Positions 45,378-60,300 of a stretch of 64,000 bases of DNA are shown here, piece by piece. Positions within the stretch are counted from its first letter, which is position 1. Every line of letters starts with the position of its first letter. The notes under the pieces were generated by a model that saw only the letters and a list, made by a program, of their open reading frames with translations, was not told where the DNA came from and ran no database searches. The DNA lies in the NCBI RefSeq assembly GCF_009914755.1, contig NC_060933.1; one strand, written 5' to 3'. The DNA is from the human T2T-CHM13v2.0 reference genome, Homo sapiens. The translations under genes and the position numbers were made by a program.

Positions 45378-45921
45378 TGAGGCCACCGCCTCACCATGGA
45401 TAGGGTGAGAGGGAGCGGGCGGGCCAGTGGTTAGCACAGGCTTCGCTCCCTAGGGGGGTGTCACTGGACCACCGAGGCCCGGAGCCCCGAGCTCGCCCAG
45501 GCGGGCCCAAGTGACCTGGGGGCACTGGGCTTGGAGTCTGCCCACCTTGCTGGACTCCTGATGGGGACTTTCTGGCTGGCCACCTGAGACCACAAGGCGG
45601 GGAGGTGCCAGAAAGACCTGAGCAACCCGCTGGGCCCCTCTCTTTTTCTCCTCTGTCTTCCAAGTAAGACCAAGGGACGGGGTTGACCAGGTTCGACCAG
45701 GCTTACCCAGGAGCAAGGTCGGGATCAGAACCTGGCTCCAGCCCTCTGTTTCCTGAAAAGGTCCCTGTGCTTCCAGGTCTTTCCTGGGGCTGCTGGGCTC
45801 CCGGCTCCCCACCTCGGTGTCACAGAAGGCACTTGGGAGCAGGGGTGGGCGGGAACTGCGCTCTGCCTGTCTCTGCTGCCACCGGTGGGAGACGCAGCGT
45901 CGCTCCTCCTCCCTGCCGTAG

Positions 45922-46051
45922 ATTTCAACGACAAGATTTTGAATGAGCCCCTCAAGCACTCTGACTTCTTCAATGTCAAGGAACTGTTTTCCGTGAGAAG
46001 CCTCTTCGATGCCCGAGTCCATCTGGGACACAAAGCTGGCTGTCGGCACAG
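45922..46051 (+). CDS. MRPS2: MRPS2 coding exon 3
   Basis: Acceptor CCCTGCCGTAG|AT, donor AG|GTAGGT; encodes [12 protein letters not shown]...ARVHLGHK (uS2 N-terminal signature). Confidence 0.94.
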
Positions 46052-46329
46052 GTAGGTGACACCCCCATCTGAGCCCGGGGCGGTTCCCAGGAGGAACCTG
46101 GGACCTGCTCTGGTTCTAGGGCCACTTTTGAACTGGCCTATGTCAGTTTTAGGTGATTACAGCCCCATCCTCCTCCACATGGGAATACAGAGCCCCACAG
46201 AGAAGCAGGAGTTTATTCCTCAGCTTGGCGGACGCTCTTGTGTGCCTTGGTGTGGCGCTCACAGCCCTTGATAGGGCAGGCCTGCTGGGGGTTGCAGGAC
46301 TCCACGGGTTCAGAAATGGAAAGGCTGAG

Positions 46330-46900
46330 GGCAGAACCTGTAAGGTTGGTCCCCCCGGATCGGGCTGGGCCTTCTGGGCTGCGGGGAGGAGGAATGACTG
46401 GTCCTGTATTCTCACATGGTCATTTTGACTGCTGTGGGGGGAGGGGATGGGAGGGGCAGGTGGGAGGCCAGGGAGGAGGTTGGTGTGGGCGTTCAGGGTG
46501 AAGGTGGCGGGGCTTAAATCGCAGTAGCGGAAGAGCTGGAGCAGCAGGTGGACATGAGGCAGCAGGGCAGAGCCAGTGGGCCTTGGGCTGGGGTGGGAGG
46601 TGGCTGGGGCCGAAGGGATCAAACACCTGCTCTTCGGGTGGAGCCTGGTACTGGTTACTGAGATGGTGAAAACCAGGGGAGACCTGGGGGACATCACAAG
46701 CTTGGTTCCTACCAGGTATGAACCCTTTGCTGCCCCAGTGGAGAGGTCACACGGTTACCAGGAGGGATGGGCCTGGGCCCAGGGAGCCATCAGCATCGGG
46801 GGCTGGCAGGTGTTTCCAGAGCATCGGAAAAGGAGGTCCAAGGTGGAGCCCTGGGTGCTCCAGTGTTTGGAGTCAGTGAAGAGGGACAGCCGGGGGTAGG
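46330..46900 (+). mobile_element. Old L2-like fragment in MRPS2 intron 3
   Basis: Degenerate L2-like phrases (CATTTTGACTGCTGTGGGG...; ACTGAGATGGTGAAAACC); boundaries and orientation approximate. Confidence 0.4.
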
Positions 46901-47398
46901 GGAGATGTGGTTCTCTGTTGATGCTGCTGAGAAGTGAATTCAAGGCTGTGACCTTGGCAAGATGGAGGTCGCCAGTGCCTTGATGGGCAGGGTTGCTTGA
47001 GAGGAAGGGACAGAACCCAGTGGGAGTAGACTGGAGGTGAGGACCTGGGAACCGCAAATGTGGATGACTCGCCTGTCACGCACCGAGAGGCGGGGGTGTC
47101 TCCCATGCCCCGCTTTTCTCAGCCCAGGCCAGCAGTGGTCCAGTGCTTTGGATCAGGGTTCCCCGCCCAGGCTTGGCCACTCCTGCCCTGATCCCTTAAT
47201 GCTTTTGGCCCAGAGCACCCCGCTAAGTCCAACCCCAGAGGGGCCTCATCCGCAAAGCCTCGGGAAGAGGACAGTGACGGAGGCGGCTGCCCTGTGAGGT
47301 GCACGGGGCAGAATGTCCTTTTGGCGTCATGTTGGATGTCCACACATCTATATGGGGTCAGTTCTATTAGGATTCCTTCGGGAAGAGGTAGAGGGTAG

Positions 47399-48211
<813 letters not shown>

Positions 48212-48722
48212 TGTTCACTCTCCTCCCAAAGCAAACCACAGCCAAGCCTGTCTGAGCTGGGAGTCCCCTTCCCCAGCCCTGGGTCAGCGGCATCCTCAGT
48301 CGTTGTTACTTACTCAGCTGATGTCACAGTGCAGACATCCACCGTTCCACCACAGAACCAGTGGCTGAGCGGGCCAACGTTGCCATGTGCGTTTGCTCTG
48401 TGGGGAACAGAGCACAGAGGGTGAGCGACATGTGCAGAACGGCCCCTTGGCTGCAGTTAGGACCTCAGTGGCTGGTATGGCCGAGCTGCTAGAAGATGCT
48501 GCTGTCCCTGTGATCCCAGCAGCCCTCCCTTCACCGTGACCCCTGACCTTTGTCAGGAAGGTGCAGTTTTTCTTCTCAATCTAAATGCCTTTCAGGTGGG
48601 CCGCTTCCTTGGCTACCTGGTTCCAGGGGGCTGTTTTGTAATGAGATGCTGCTGGCAGGCCACTCAGAGGCTCCCAGCTGGGTTGGTGGGACAGCCAGGC
48701 CAGATGACCTGATTCCAGCAAA

Positions 48723-48728
48723 AATAAA
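48723..48728 (+). terminator. MRPS2: Polyadenylation signal of MRPS2
   Basis: AATAAA ~510 nt after the stop, with GU-rich sequence downstream. Confidence 0.75.
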
Positions 48729-48901
48729 ACTCAGATTTGGGCAAAATGAGACTTGGAGTTTGGGGCTCTGTCTCGAGTGGGTTTGCTTTCATCCATGTGG
48801 TGTGGTTTTTCTTCAGGCACACACTGGGACCCCAGTGATGAGAGATGGGACGGGCACTGTGTGTGTGAGGCGCATGAATGAGGTCAGCAGAGGTGCCAGC
48901 T

Positions 48902-48917
48902 GCCACTAGAGGGCACC
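48902..48917 (+). promoter_or_regulatory. Candidate CTCF site
   Basis: GCCACTAGAGGGCACC matches the CCACYAGRKGGCRC core. Confidence 0.6.
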
Positions 48918-50829
48918 GTCTTCAGCAGTGGAGCTCGTGACAAGCCCACAGCCCGGCCAGCCTCATTCAGCAGAACAGGCTTGGTGTGGACCCAGTTTCA
49001 GGAAAGACGGGCACTTGCTGACAGGGACGCTTAACATCCCTCACCTGTGGGGATACAGCTGTGTTCCTGGAACAAGCTGCGGCCTCCTCCCAGCCCCATC
49101 CCGAGCTGCTTAGGACATAGGCCCCCCATGCACCTGACCACCCAAGGAGCCGTCTCTGGGCAGAGTCTGGGCAGCAGGGCCCTGTGGAGTCTGGTGCCCT
49201 GGGTAGGGTGAGGCCTGCCCTGCAGGAGCGGCACAGGGCAATGGGAGGCTGGAGTCCAGCGCCTATCCCTGTCCCTTCAGGGTTAGGCTGGTGAGGGGTT
49301 CATGGTAGGTGTCCCCAGGTTTGTCACAGGTTTGTGATCTGGTCGGGACAGGGAGCTGAGCTTCAGGTTGGTCTCTGGCCAGCATGGCTTTAATTTGCAA
49401 AGCCGAAGTCTGAAGATGCACGTGTATAAAGGCAGGTGAAGTGAGGGCCCCTCCAAGGCTCCCCCTAGAATCCCTCTCAGGGTGGGCAGGTGAGACACTC
49501 TGAGCTGGGTCTCCTGTCCCACCATGCTGGGGAGGCCAGCTGCGGGGAGCCAGGACCCTGGAGATGAGACAGGAGTACCAAACACTGGGGACTGACTGGG
49601 GGGCTTCCAGGAGGTGCCCCTGGAGCTGCGACTGATCCTTCCCTGGGAGAGGCCTTTGTAGCTTGGGTCCAGGCCTGGCCCTTCTCTGCTAAGCCATTAG
49701 TGAGGACGTTGCAGGCAGCTCCAGGGGTTGGACCTCAGGAGACACAGTGGGGCACAAGCCTACAGGAGGGACGGGGCGGTCTCTTCTGGGGTCATTAATT
49801 TTGAGGCCGGGTGGAGGGGAGCAGCCCAGGCAGAGCTGTGGCTAACCCAAGGCGCCTTGTAAGAATGGTGGGGGCTGGCAGGCCCGGGCAGGCTCCCCTT
49901 ACCTTGCGCTGATGGCCTGCGTGGCTCCTGTTGTCCTCCCACTGGCCCCTGCACCTGGCACAGGCCGGCGAGGACCCGCTGAGGAGCTACGAGTGGGCGC
50001 TTGCTGGGCTTCCAGGGCAGGAGGGGCCCTGGCCGAGGGGATGACCCAGTGGATAAGCAGGCACTAGTGACCATGAGGAGCAGGGAGGGACGGGAAGGGT
50101 GCAGCGCAGAAGCCGCGGGGGCCATGCTGGGACAGCCAGGGTGGGCCTGAGGGCCCCCTCGGGGAGTGGAAAGAGCCAGCTCCCAGGATTCAGAGGGGCT
50201 CTGGGTGAAACAAAGGTTGAGGGCTGAGGGGATGGGGTCTCGCTGACCCCATCCTTGACTCTGCCAGGAGGGGCCCTCCAAGTTTTCCACCCTGGAGATG
50301 AACCCCAAGAGCCCCCAGAAGAGGCCAACGGAGATGATGAGAGTGCCTGAGGCTGGGGAAGGGCAAGGGAGCTGCCCCAGGAGTGGGGAGAGGGGCCCCC
50401 CGGCCCTTTCCTCCTGTGGCCACAATGCCTGCAGGCCCCATTAGAGGTGGCCTTCTCTGGACTGTGGCAAGGCTGTGCCTGGACCAGCTGGTGTCCCAGA
50501 TGGTGGGGAAGACCAGAGGCAGCCACCAGAGGATGGGCCTGGCAGAGCTGGCTCAGGGCAGGGTGGGGTGGGGAGGGCCAAGGAGCCTTTCCAGCCCTGC
50601 CGAGGCTGGGCCACTCCCACTCCTGAGGCCCGGAAGATCCCTATTTGCCTGGAGGAGCTCAGGGCAGCCCTGAGGTCAGCACAGGCCAGGCTTCCGCTCT
50701 GATCCCCCGCAACCCTCCCTGGGTGTGTGGGGGGAGGGGACAAGAGGGGAGAGCCTGCCCTGGGCAAGAGCAGGGTGTTGGGGCAGGAGCCTAGCGGCCC
50801 ATGAGGATTGAGGCCAGCTGGGCCAGCTA

Positions 50830-50893
50830 CTGATGTGGGCCCTCTGCTGATGTGGGCCCTCTGCTGATGTGGGCCTCTGCTGATGTGGGCCCC
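50830..50893. repeat. Minisatellite, ~17-bp unit CTGCTGATGTGGGCCCT, about 4 copies
   Basis: Directly visible tandem copies. Confidence 0.88.
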
Positions 50894-53800
50894 AGCCCTT
50901 GAGATGGATCTCATGTCATCCTGGCTGGAGGTCTACACAGACACGGCTCTGTGCCTGATCCGGAGAGCAGAAGGTCAGGTGGGCAGAAGTGACAAGGGCC
51001 GGGCCGGGCTCTGATGTTCCTAGGTCGCTGTCTCTGCAGAGCTCCACGCAGGAGACTGGCCAAGGGGGCGACCCCCACTCTCTCCCCAAGTGAGGGACAG
51101 GGACTCCTCGACACCAACAAGGGCCAGTGCTGGCTGGGGGTGCAAGTGTGCAGGGGAGGTCTCCACAACCAGGGCCCCTGGATGGCTGGGAAGGCCTCCT
51201 GCCCAGATGTCACCAGGTGGCTCCCAGGGTCCTGCTAGAGTTCTGCCTCTCCAGCAGCCCCCAAGTCCCAATCCCAGCACCCTAGGCCTCCTCCCGCCCT
51301 CACCCCACCACCGTCCAGCCCCAGCTTGGCCAGGTGCAAAGTGACTTTTCATATTCCTATAGGAAGGAATAGCCCAGAAATTCTTCCTGAACTTCTCCAA
51401 TTCACATGATGGCGATGAGCGACTGCATTTTGTTCATGTTCATATGTTTGGGCCGTCCTCCCTTTGGCTCACCCCAGAGTGAAAATGAGTCAGCCCTGTT
51501 CCTGGATGAGACCTGCAGGGTGGGAGTCCCCACGCAGGCTGCACAGAGAAGCTAGAGCGTCACCTGGGGGCAGAGCAGCGACCGTTCCTCGTTCCTGCTT
51601 TCCTGGGCACGTGTGGAAGCTTTGCCCCCACCCCACAGATGCTGGACCTGCTGTTCCACAGGCGAGCGTGTCCCGCTCCACCGCACAGGGGCTCCTCGCT
51701 CCCACACCCACCAACTGTGGGTCTTGGCAATGCCCCTTCACCCCTCTGAGCCTCGGTTGGTTTGTGTGAGAACTGGGAGCTAAGGGGACCTCGTGAGGCT
51801 GCTGTCAAGCCTGGGTGGGACGGGCCGTGGAAAGCGCTCTGCTCACGCCTGGCCCCGGGGAATGGGCTGCCCGGGCTGTAGTGTTCTTATTTATGATTTT
51901 CCTCTCCCCTCCATGGGGAAGCTGTCTGCCCTAGGCCTCACTTGTATGTGCAAAGCAGTTTTCCCACCTGTAGAGAACATTCCAGATTCCATGTGGGAGG
52001 TTCCCATCCTAGGTATAGCAGAGCAGGACCCTCTGGGGAGGGCTGAAGAGCCCAAGGGCCACTCAGATATCTGGGAAGGAGCTGGTTGGGGCTCATTCAA
52101 TCAACAAACATGAAGCTGCCCTCCCGGACCTCCCTGAACCCACAACAGCGTGTACGCACTGATTAAACAGTGTGGAAATAAGGAACAGAATGTGGAGAGG
52201 CACAGAGGCAAATGTTTAGGACGACTTTTGTTCTATTGAAAGTGTTTAAAGCCCGGATTTTCTTGAAAGATTTCCATGATTTAGCACAAGGAAAATCTTA
52301 CAGATGAGGACACTCGTATCCAGAAGGTGGAGACATCTGCTCCAGTCACAGCCAGTGTGGAACCTTGGCAGAGTTTGGGTCTCTGAAAGCAGACAGGGAT
52401 TCGGGGACATGTTGTTTGCTGCAGCTGATCCCAGGAAGCCTGAGGGAGGACCTGGGAAGGTAGGCCTGGAGGTGGGAAGCCGGTGAGTGGCCTTGAGCAA
52501 ACCCTGCAAGTGGGGACCCCACTCAGCCTCACAGGGAGTCCAGGTCCCACCTGGATGGGCTCTGTCCCCATGAGTGGAGGGTTATCCCTGGGAGATTAAT
52601 GCCCTTGCTCTGCTGGCTGGTGCAGTGTAGAGGAGAGGAAGCCCCCGTGGTGCCTGAGAGAGCCCTCAGGAGGGACACATGCAGGCGTTTCATGGGATGC
52701 CGTGGCCTGATGGAGACCAGCTCCACCAGCTGCAGGTGGACTCGGGTGGGCTGAGGAGACATGGGTGGGTCAGCAGCAGCATGGCCACCCCAGCTCTCCC
52801 AGATCCAAGGTGCACTAGCCAGAATCTTGAGTGAGAATCAGGAAATAAGAGAGACACGTGAGCCTTGATAAGCTGCCACATGCCTCTGGTGATCTAGAAG
52901 ATTCTGCTCATGTGCAGGGCTGTGTCCACTCAGGAAAAACCAGAGAGGGTCCTAGCTCTCTACTCATCCTTGGCTAAATATGAGGCCTTACACATGTTCA
53001 GAGGAGACAGGAGGAGGCCCAGAAGACAAGAACATCCAGGGCAGACTGGTAAACTTCCAGAACCTCGAATGCATTCCTCACCCCGCACACAGACCCACTG
53101 GCAAGAAGCAGAAGGCTTACTGGCTCAAGGCATTTGGGCACCACCTCTGACCAGGTATTGGCTGATCACTAAGATATGGTGACCCAGGAACAACACTTAG
53201 GAAGCCAGAATTCAAAATAAAAAGAATTAAAGTAAGCCATGTTAAGAATTAAAGTATGATGAAAATGACTCATTAGAGAAAATACATAAGGAGATACTCA
53301 TTAATTAAAAAACTGAATAGCTATTCTGGAGCTGAAAAGTTTAATAATCGAAATGGAAATTCACTGGAAGGGATGGACAGCAGATCTGAGGAAAGAATCA
53401 GGGAAATTTGAAGGTAGATCAGTAAAAATGATCCAATCTGAAGACTGACAGCAAAAACTAATAATAAAGGAAGAGAAATGAACAGTGCCTTGAACCTGTG
53501 GGAAACAATCAACATATTAATATTCACATAATCAGAGTTCAAGGAGAGGAGAAAGCGAAGGGGCAGAAAAAATATTCAAAGAAGTACCTACTTGACACAA
53601 AAGGAAGCAGGAAAGGAAAAAAGACATGAGACATATCAGAAGCAGATAGCCAAATGTCAGAGATAAATCCAACCATAGCAATAACTGAACTAAATGTAAA
53701 TGGATTAAATACTTCAATCAAAAGGCAGATACTGACACTGTGGTTGAGAAACAAGATCCAACTTTATGCTCTCTAGAGCCTAGAGCAGAAACGTTTCATA

Positions 53801-53899
53801 TTCATAACACAAATAGGTTGAAAGCAAAATAATGGGAAAAGAAACACCATGCAAACCATAACCATGAGATGTGGAGTAGTTTTATATATACATAAATAT

Positions 53900-54257
<358 letters not shown>

Positions 54258-56058
54258 TAACTAGAGATAAGGAGGGGAATTTCATAATGAAGACAGCATT
54301 AATTATTCAGGAAGATAAAATAATTATAAATGTTTACGCATTTAACAGCATGGCCCTCTGAGTATATGAAAGTTATAGCCAGTGTGATATGGCAAAAAAA
54401 AAAAAATGAAAACAAACAAGCAACAGCACCAAAACCAGAAACAAACAAACAAAAAAAGAATTAAAGAAGAGATTAAAGTTCAAAATTACAAAGGAAGAAG
54501 TAAAATGACTTTTATTAACAGAAAACATAATCCTGTGTGTCGAAATCCTAAGGAATCAACGACGAACTGCAATAAATGAGTACTGCAGGGTCACAAGATT
54601 CCAGATCAATATTCAAATATCAACTGTGTTTCTCTATCCTAGTAATAAGCAATCCATAAATTAAGCCAAGAAAACAATTCCAATCACAATATCCCTCAAA
54701 AGAACAACATACTTTTTTTTAAAAAAAAGAACAAATTTAACAAAAGAAGAAGACTTGCATACTGAAAACTATAAAATATAAAACACTGCTGAGGGAAATT
54801 AAGGATGTTGTAAATGAATGGAGAGATACTCCATGGTATTAGAAGACTTGGTATTGTCAAGGTGGCAGATATCCCCCAACTGATGTACAGATTCAACTCG
54901 ATCACTCAGAAAATCCCAGTTGGATTTGCTTGTTTCCAAACATTGACAAGTTGATCTTAAAATGTATATGAGACACCAAAACATTTTTTCAAAAGAAGAA
55001 TAAAGTTGGAGGTCTTACATTTCTCTCTTCAAAGCTTCCTGGAGTGACATCAATCAGGACAGTGTCATCCTGGCATAAAGATGGGCACAAAGATCAATGG
55101 ACTAAAGTTGGAGTCCAGTAATAAACGCTAACATTTATGGTTAGTTGATTTTGAAAAGATGCCAAGGCAGTTCTATAGGGAAAGAGTAATATTTTCAACA
55201 AATGATGCTGGAATAATTGGATATCCTCATGAAAGAGATTTATTTAGGCCTGTACCTCATACTAAAAAATTAACTCGAAATGGATCATAAATCTAGATGT
55301 TAGAGCCAAAACTATTAAACATCTAGAAGAAAACATAGAACATCTTCAGGACTTTAAGTTAGCCAGAGTGTTTAGACACATCATCAAAAGCATAATCCAT
55401 AAAAAAAGTATTTCATCAAAGTTTAAAACTTTTGTGATTCAAGAAATACCCATTATGAAAGAGAAGCCACAGACTGGAAGAAAATATTTGTAAATTATAC
55501 ATCTGATAGAACTCTTACAACTAATAACAGGAAGACAAACAACTCAAACTAAAAAAAAAAATGTAAAATATATTTGAATATGCTTTTCACCCAGGAAGCA
55601 TATTCACCCTGCATTTGCTTTTCACTTAGGAAGATGGATGAGTGACCAGTAAGCACATGAAGCTACTCAGCATCATGAGTCATTCAGGAAATGCAGATCA
55701 AACCACAATGAGATACCACTTCACACCACGTAGAATGGCATTAGTCAAAAACAAAGGACAATAACAAGTATTGTCATCCATGTGGAGAAACTGACACCTG
55801 GTTGCTGGTGGGAGTGTGAAATGGTGCAGCCATCCTGGAAAACAATCCAGCATTTCTCTAAATGGTTAAGTGTAGTGTGGCTGATGACCCCCAGTTCAAC
55901 GCCTAGTCATATACCCAAGATAATGGAGAACATATGTCCTGTATCTGAATGCTCATACCACCATTCCTCATAATAACCAAAAAGTGGAAAAAGCCAAAAT
56001 GTCTATCAACTGGTGAATGGATAAACAAAATGTGTTCTGTCCATACAATGGAACACTA

Positions 56059-56499
<441 letters not shown>

Positions 56500-57162
56500 T
56501 TACGTGAAATGTTCAGAATAGAGAAGTCTCTAGAGATAGCAAGTGGATTCCTGTGTCAGGGTCTGGGGAAGGGATTGGAAATTGATTGCTCAGGGGCACG
56601 AGAGACCTTTCTGGGGTAGTGGGAACGTTCTAAAGCCAGATCGTGCTGGTGGCTGCACAGGCCTGCAGATGTACTAAGAGTGGTTGAATTGTACAGTGGA
56701 TAAGCATTGTGATGTGTACACTATATGTCAACAAAGCTGGGAAAAGGAAGCGATCAGAGGTGATCCAGAAGCGATGCTGCCCCCAACTGAGGCAAAGGAA
56801 GAAGAAAGAACTTAGAAATGTTCCCAGAGCAAAAACAGCCGTTTTCTAAAGAATGACCCCACAATTGGTTCAAGTCGAAGAGCCTCCCTGAGGAATAACA
56901 GCTTCGTCACCCATCTAGTTTGGGGGTTGTTTCTATAGTAACCTGTGACATGGCCCCCTTCCCAAAAACAAAACAAAACAAAACAAAAAACAGAAACAAA
57001 GACAATGAATCCCTGAGAACAGTGAGAAAGAGAAAGCTCTTGCTTCTTTTGGCCTATGGAAGGGTGTGGCTGTTGAGCTGAGCCTTGGAGTTCCTGGGTT
57101 TGCCGGTTTCCCCGTCTGGCAGTGCTGGGGGCTTTGAGCCAGCAACCTCAAAGAACGCCCAC

Positions 57163-57320
57163 GCCAGGGAGGCCAGTGTGCACGCAGGTATTGATGTTGG
57201 CTTTCCACGGGTGCAGTGAGCTGCGTGATTGATACCCATTTCCCCATAAAACAGCCAAGCCAGGGAGGCCAGCATGCACACAGGTATTGATGTTGGCTTT
57301 CCATGGGTGCAGTGAGCTGC
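57163..57320. repeat. Direct repeat of 62 bp (two copies, period 96)
   Basis: Copies at 57163-57224 and 57259-57320, 4 mismatches. Confidence 0.9.
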
Positions 57321-60300
57321 ATAATGGTTTGGGGTGAGGATTTAAATGTTTTGAGACAGGCACGGCTTGCCTCTGTTTTAAAGGTCAGCTGCTGCCATTT
57401 CAAAGATACATCCTGTTACTTTGCCAAGAGGCCTCATTCCGTGTTGCTGGGAATCAGCAGCAGTGCTGCTCTGACGTGGCTGGTGGCTGTCCCAAGCCCC
57501 CACGCCTCCCTGACCTCTCGCTGCCCAGCACTCCCCTCTCCAGAGGCACTCACACCAGCCATGACTCCCCGTCCCGATGCCCACATCCCATGCCTGTCTG
57601 CTGTGCCCTGTCCACAGCACAGCTGGCTCAACACATGCGGCATCCACACCGGGCACCGTGCTTTGCCTCACACCGCTGAGCCTGCCTGGCCCTGCGTGGC
57701 CCACGTGGCTGGAGTACGGGCGTGGGGCAGGCTTCCGTGATGGCGTCAAGAACTGGGCGCTTCCTGCCTCTCTCCTCAAGGCCCCCAGGGCTGGCTCATT
57801 CCAATTGGAGCCCCTGCTGCGGTTCTCAGATGCCCTGTGTGTGTTTCTTCTCCGGGATCCCTGGCCCATTCCAGAGCAATCACAGACCAGAGGGACAGTG
57901 CCCCGTTAGATCAACCAGATGCACTCCAGAGTGGCGAGCGTGGTCACCATCCATGAGGGTGCCGGTGTGTTGGGGGAATGCGAGGAGGGGAATGGATGCC
58001 GCGTCAGCCACCAACAGCCCTGACGGGCCCCTGACTTCCTGCACTAACATTGTCCCTGTGCTCACATCTGCCCAGTACCACTGGGGCCATTCTCACCTAT
58101 GGCTCTACCAGGTGCCCAGGAAATGCCCCCAAACGGGCAGGATGCTCACAAGGCAAGGCCACCTGCCCTGAAGGACGCGGGGGCCACAGGGTAATGGAAA
58201 GCAAAGGGATGGGGGAATTATCCCCAAATCAGTCACACGCCTGATGGCAGCCCTGTCAGAATCCCTAGGGAGGTTTTTTGTTTTGTTTTGTTTTTGGAGG
58301 GGGATGACTTTGTAGAGAAACTGCATTTTTTCTTAAAAATGTAAAATGATCTGCAATGCAAATATACCATGTTCTGTTTAGGGCAAGTAGCCTCTTCTGA
58401 TTTTGAGTCTACGAATAATCAGAAGCACTGAAAATTCCAAAGCAGGAGTTAAAGTCCTCAGCAGCGCTTGGGTGTGTGGTGGGGTCCGTGATGGATGCTG
58501 AAACCGTGGGCTTCAAAGGCCAACACAGTAGGGAAGGAGAGGGTCTCAGAGGAGGGGGCAGGTCGGACCTGGTCCCCCCCCCAGCGTGGCACCCTCAGCC
58601 CTTCTCAGCTCTCGGTGCCTCAACATTGCTGGCGGGTGTAAGCCTGGGGTCATACCAGCCTCTGAGCGAGCTTGGCCCCTTACTCACCATTTCCAGCCTC
58701 ACCTTCCTCTCCCATTGAAGGGGCACGAGAGTAACAGCTCCTTTGTGGGAATGTAAGGCTAGTACGGCTTCAGCTGCATCTCTGAGCCCTTTTGCCAAAA
58801 AGGAGTCACCGAACCAAAGAGCTGCACCCAACATTAGCACCCACTCCCACCCCAGAGAGGGCTTCCTGGAGCCCAGCAGGGGAGGGCAGGTGTGCAGGTG
58901 GGAGGACGGGGAACGTGGCCTCCCTCCACGTGGCTTGTGGTCTGAAACCCCCACCTCAGACATCTTCAGCTTCCCAGGCAGCAGCTGCCTGAGTGGCGGG
59001 TGGTATCTGGGGCCAGGAGACCTGATTCTGCCTGGCTGGGCCTCAGTTTCCCAGGAGACAACCTGGACAGGGTCACGCCACCCCCTCTCAGTGGCACCTG
59101 ACTTGGGACTCCCTGCCTCCCTCCTGCCTGCCCTTCCTTCTCCTTATTCCTGGGGTCTTCCAGAAAAGTGCCGATCCCGGAGTAAGATTTGAGGGGCAGT
59201 TCCTTTGCTGGCCTCAAGCCCTCTGTGTACCCCTTCCCCAGGTGCAGAGTGAGGGCATCTGGTCCTCCAGAAGAGCTGGACTAGGAGCTTAGTGTGTTCC
59301 CCGTGTCACGGGGCCTCTTCCACCCCCTGGCTCACGGACCCCATGCTGGCTGCACTGCCTGCCACTCCCCTCCCGGGACCAGCCTTCTGGAAGGGGGTGT
59401 TGAGCCCATGAGGAGCTCCATGAGTCGGGAAGCAGGTGGGGACGGCCGTGTCCACAGCATCACCTTGGCAGCTGATGGGCAGGAGGACAGGTCCAGGCAG
59501 CCTCCAGGCACGTTCCTGTTTGTGTGACATTCACCGTGACATGGTGCATGCTGTGGCACACAGGGTCCTGTATTCAGATAAGCCAGGGCCTCGGAGGAAC
59601 TCAGGCGGAGGAAAGAGCCGGAACACAAACACAGCGCGACCTTTCCCGGGAAGCAGCCCTTCCACGAATGCGCCCTGGGCCCCCCTGCCATGCCCTGGGC
59701 CTCCATGGCCAAGAGCCCGTCACTTCTACCACCCGCGACTCCGCTCAGCCCAGTTGAGCCCCAAGAGCCTCTGCTGAGCCCAGCCCGGAAGGGCGAGGGA
59801 CCCTGGGTGGCCAGAGAGGGCCGAGTCCTGTCAGGATGACTGGGCTCCTTCAGGACAGGCACCCATGTGTGACGGGGACATGCAGGGACCACTGCGGCTG
59901 CCCTGGCCCAAGACGCCCTGGAGGCCAGGCGGGCAGAGCCCCTTCCTCCCCGAGAAGGTGGGACTGGGCTGGGCTTTGAAGGATGACAGCGGTCTGGTGG
60001 ATGCAGGGCACGGACAGAGAAGGCCACACACTAAAACACACAGACCAAGGCTGGCGGGAACTTTGAGGTCAAATCCCGGAGCCCTCGGAGGGGGACTCAG
60101 GAAATCAGATGCTCAGTAGGGGGCCGAGTTTGGAGCCTTGGCCTTGGGGCAGGCGCCGTGTCCAGCAGAGGGGCTGCTGCCCGCCACGGCTGGCCTTGCC
60201 CTTGGTGTTGGCCCCGGGGAAGTGCAGGGTGCAGGAGAGACACCACAAGGCCCTTGGGTGTCCTTCCTGCGGCTCCCTTCGGTCACAGGCAGGTGACACA

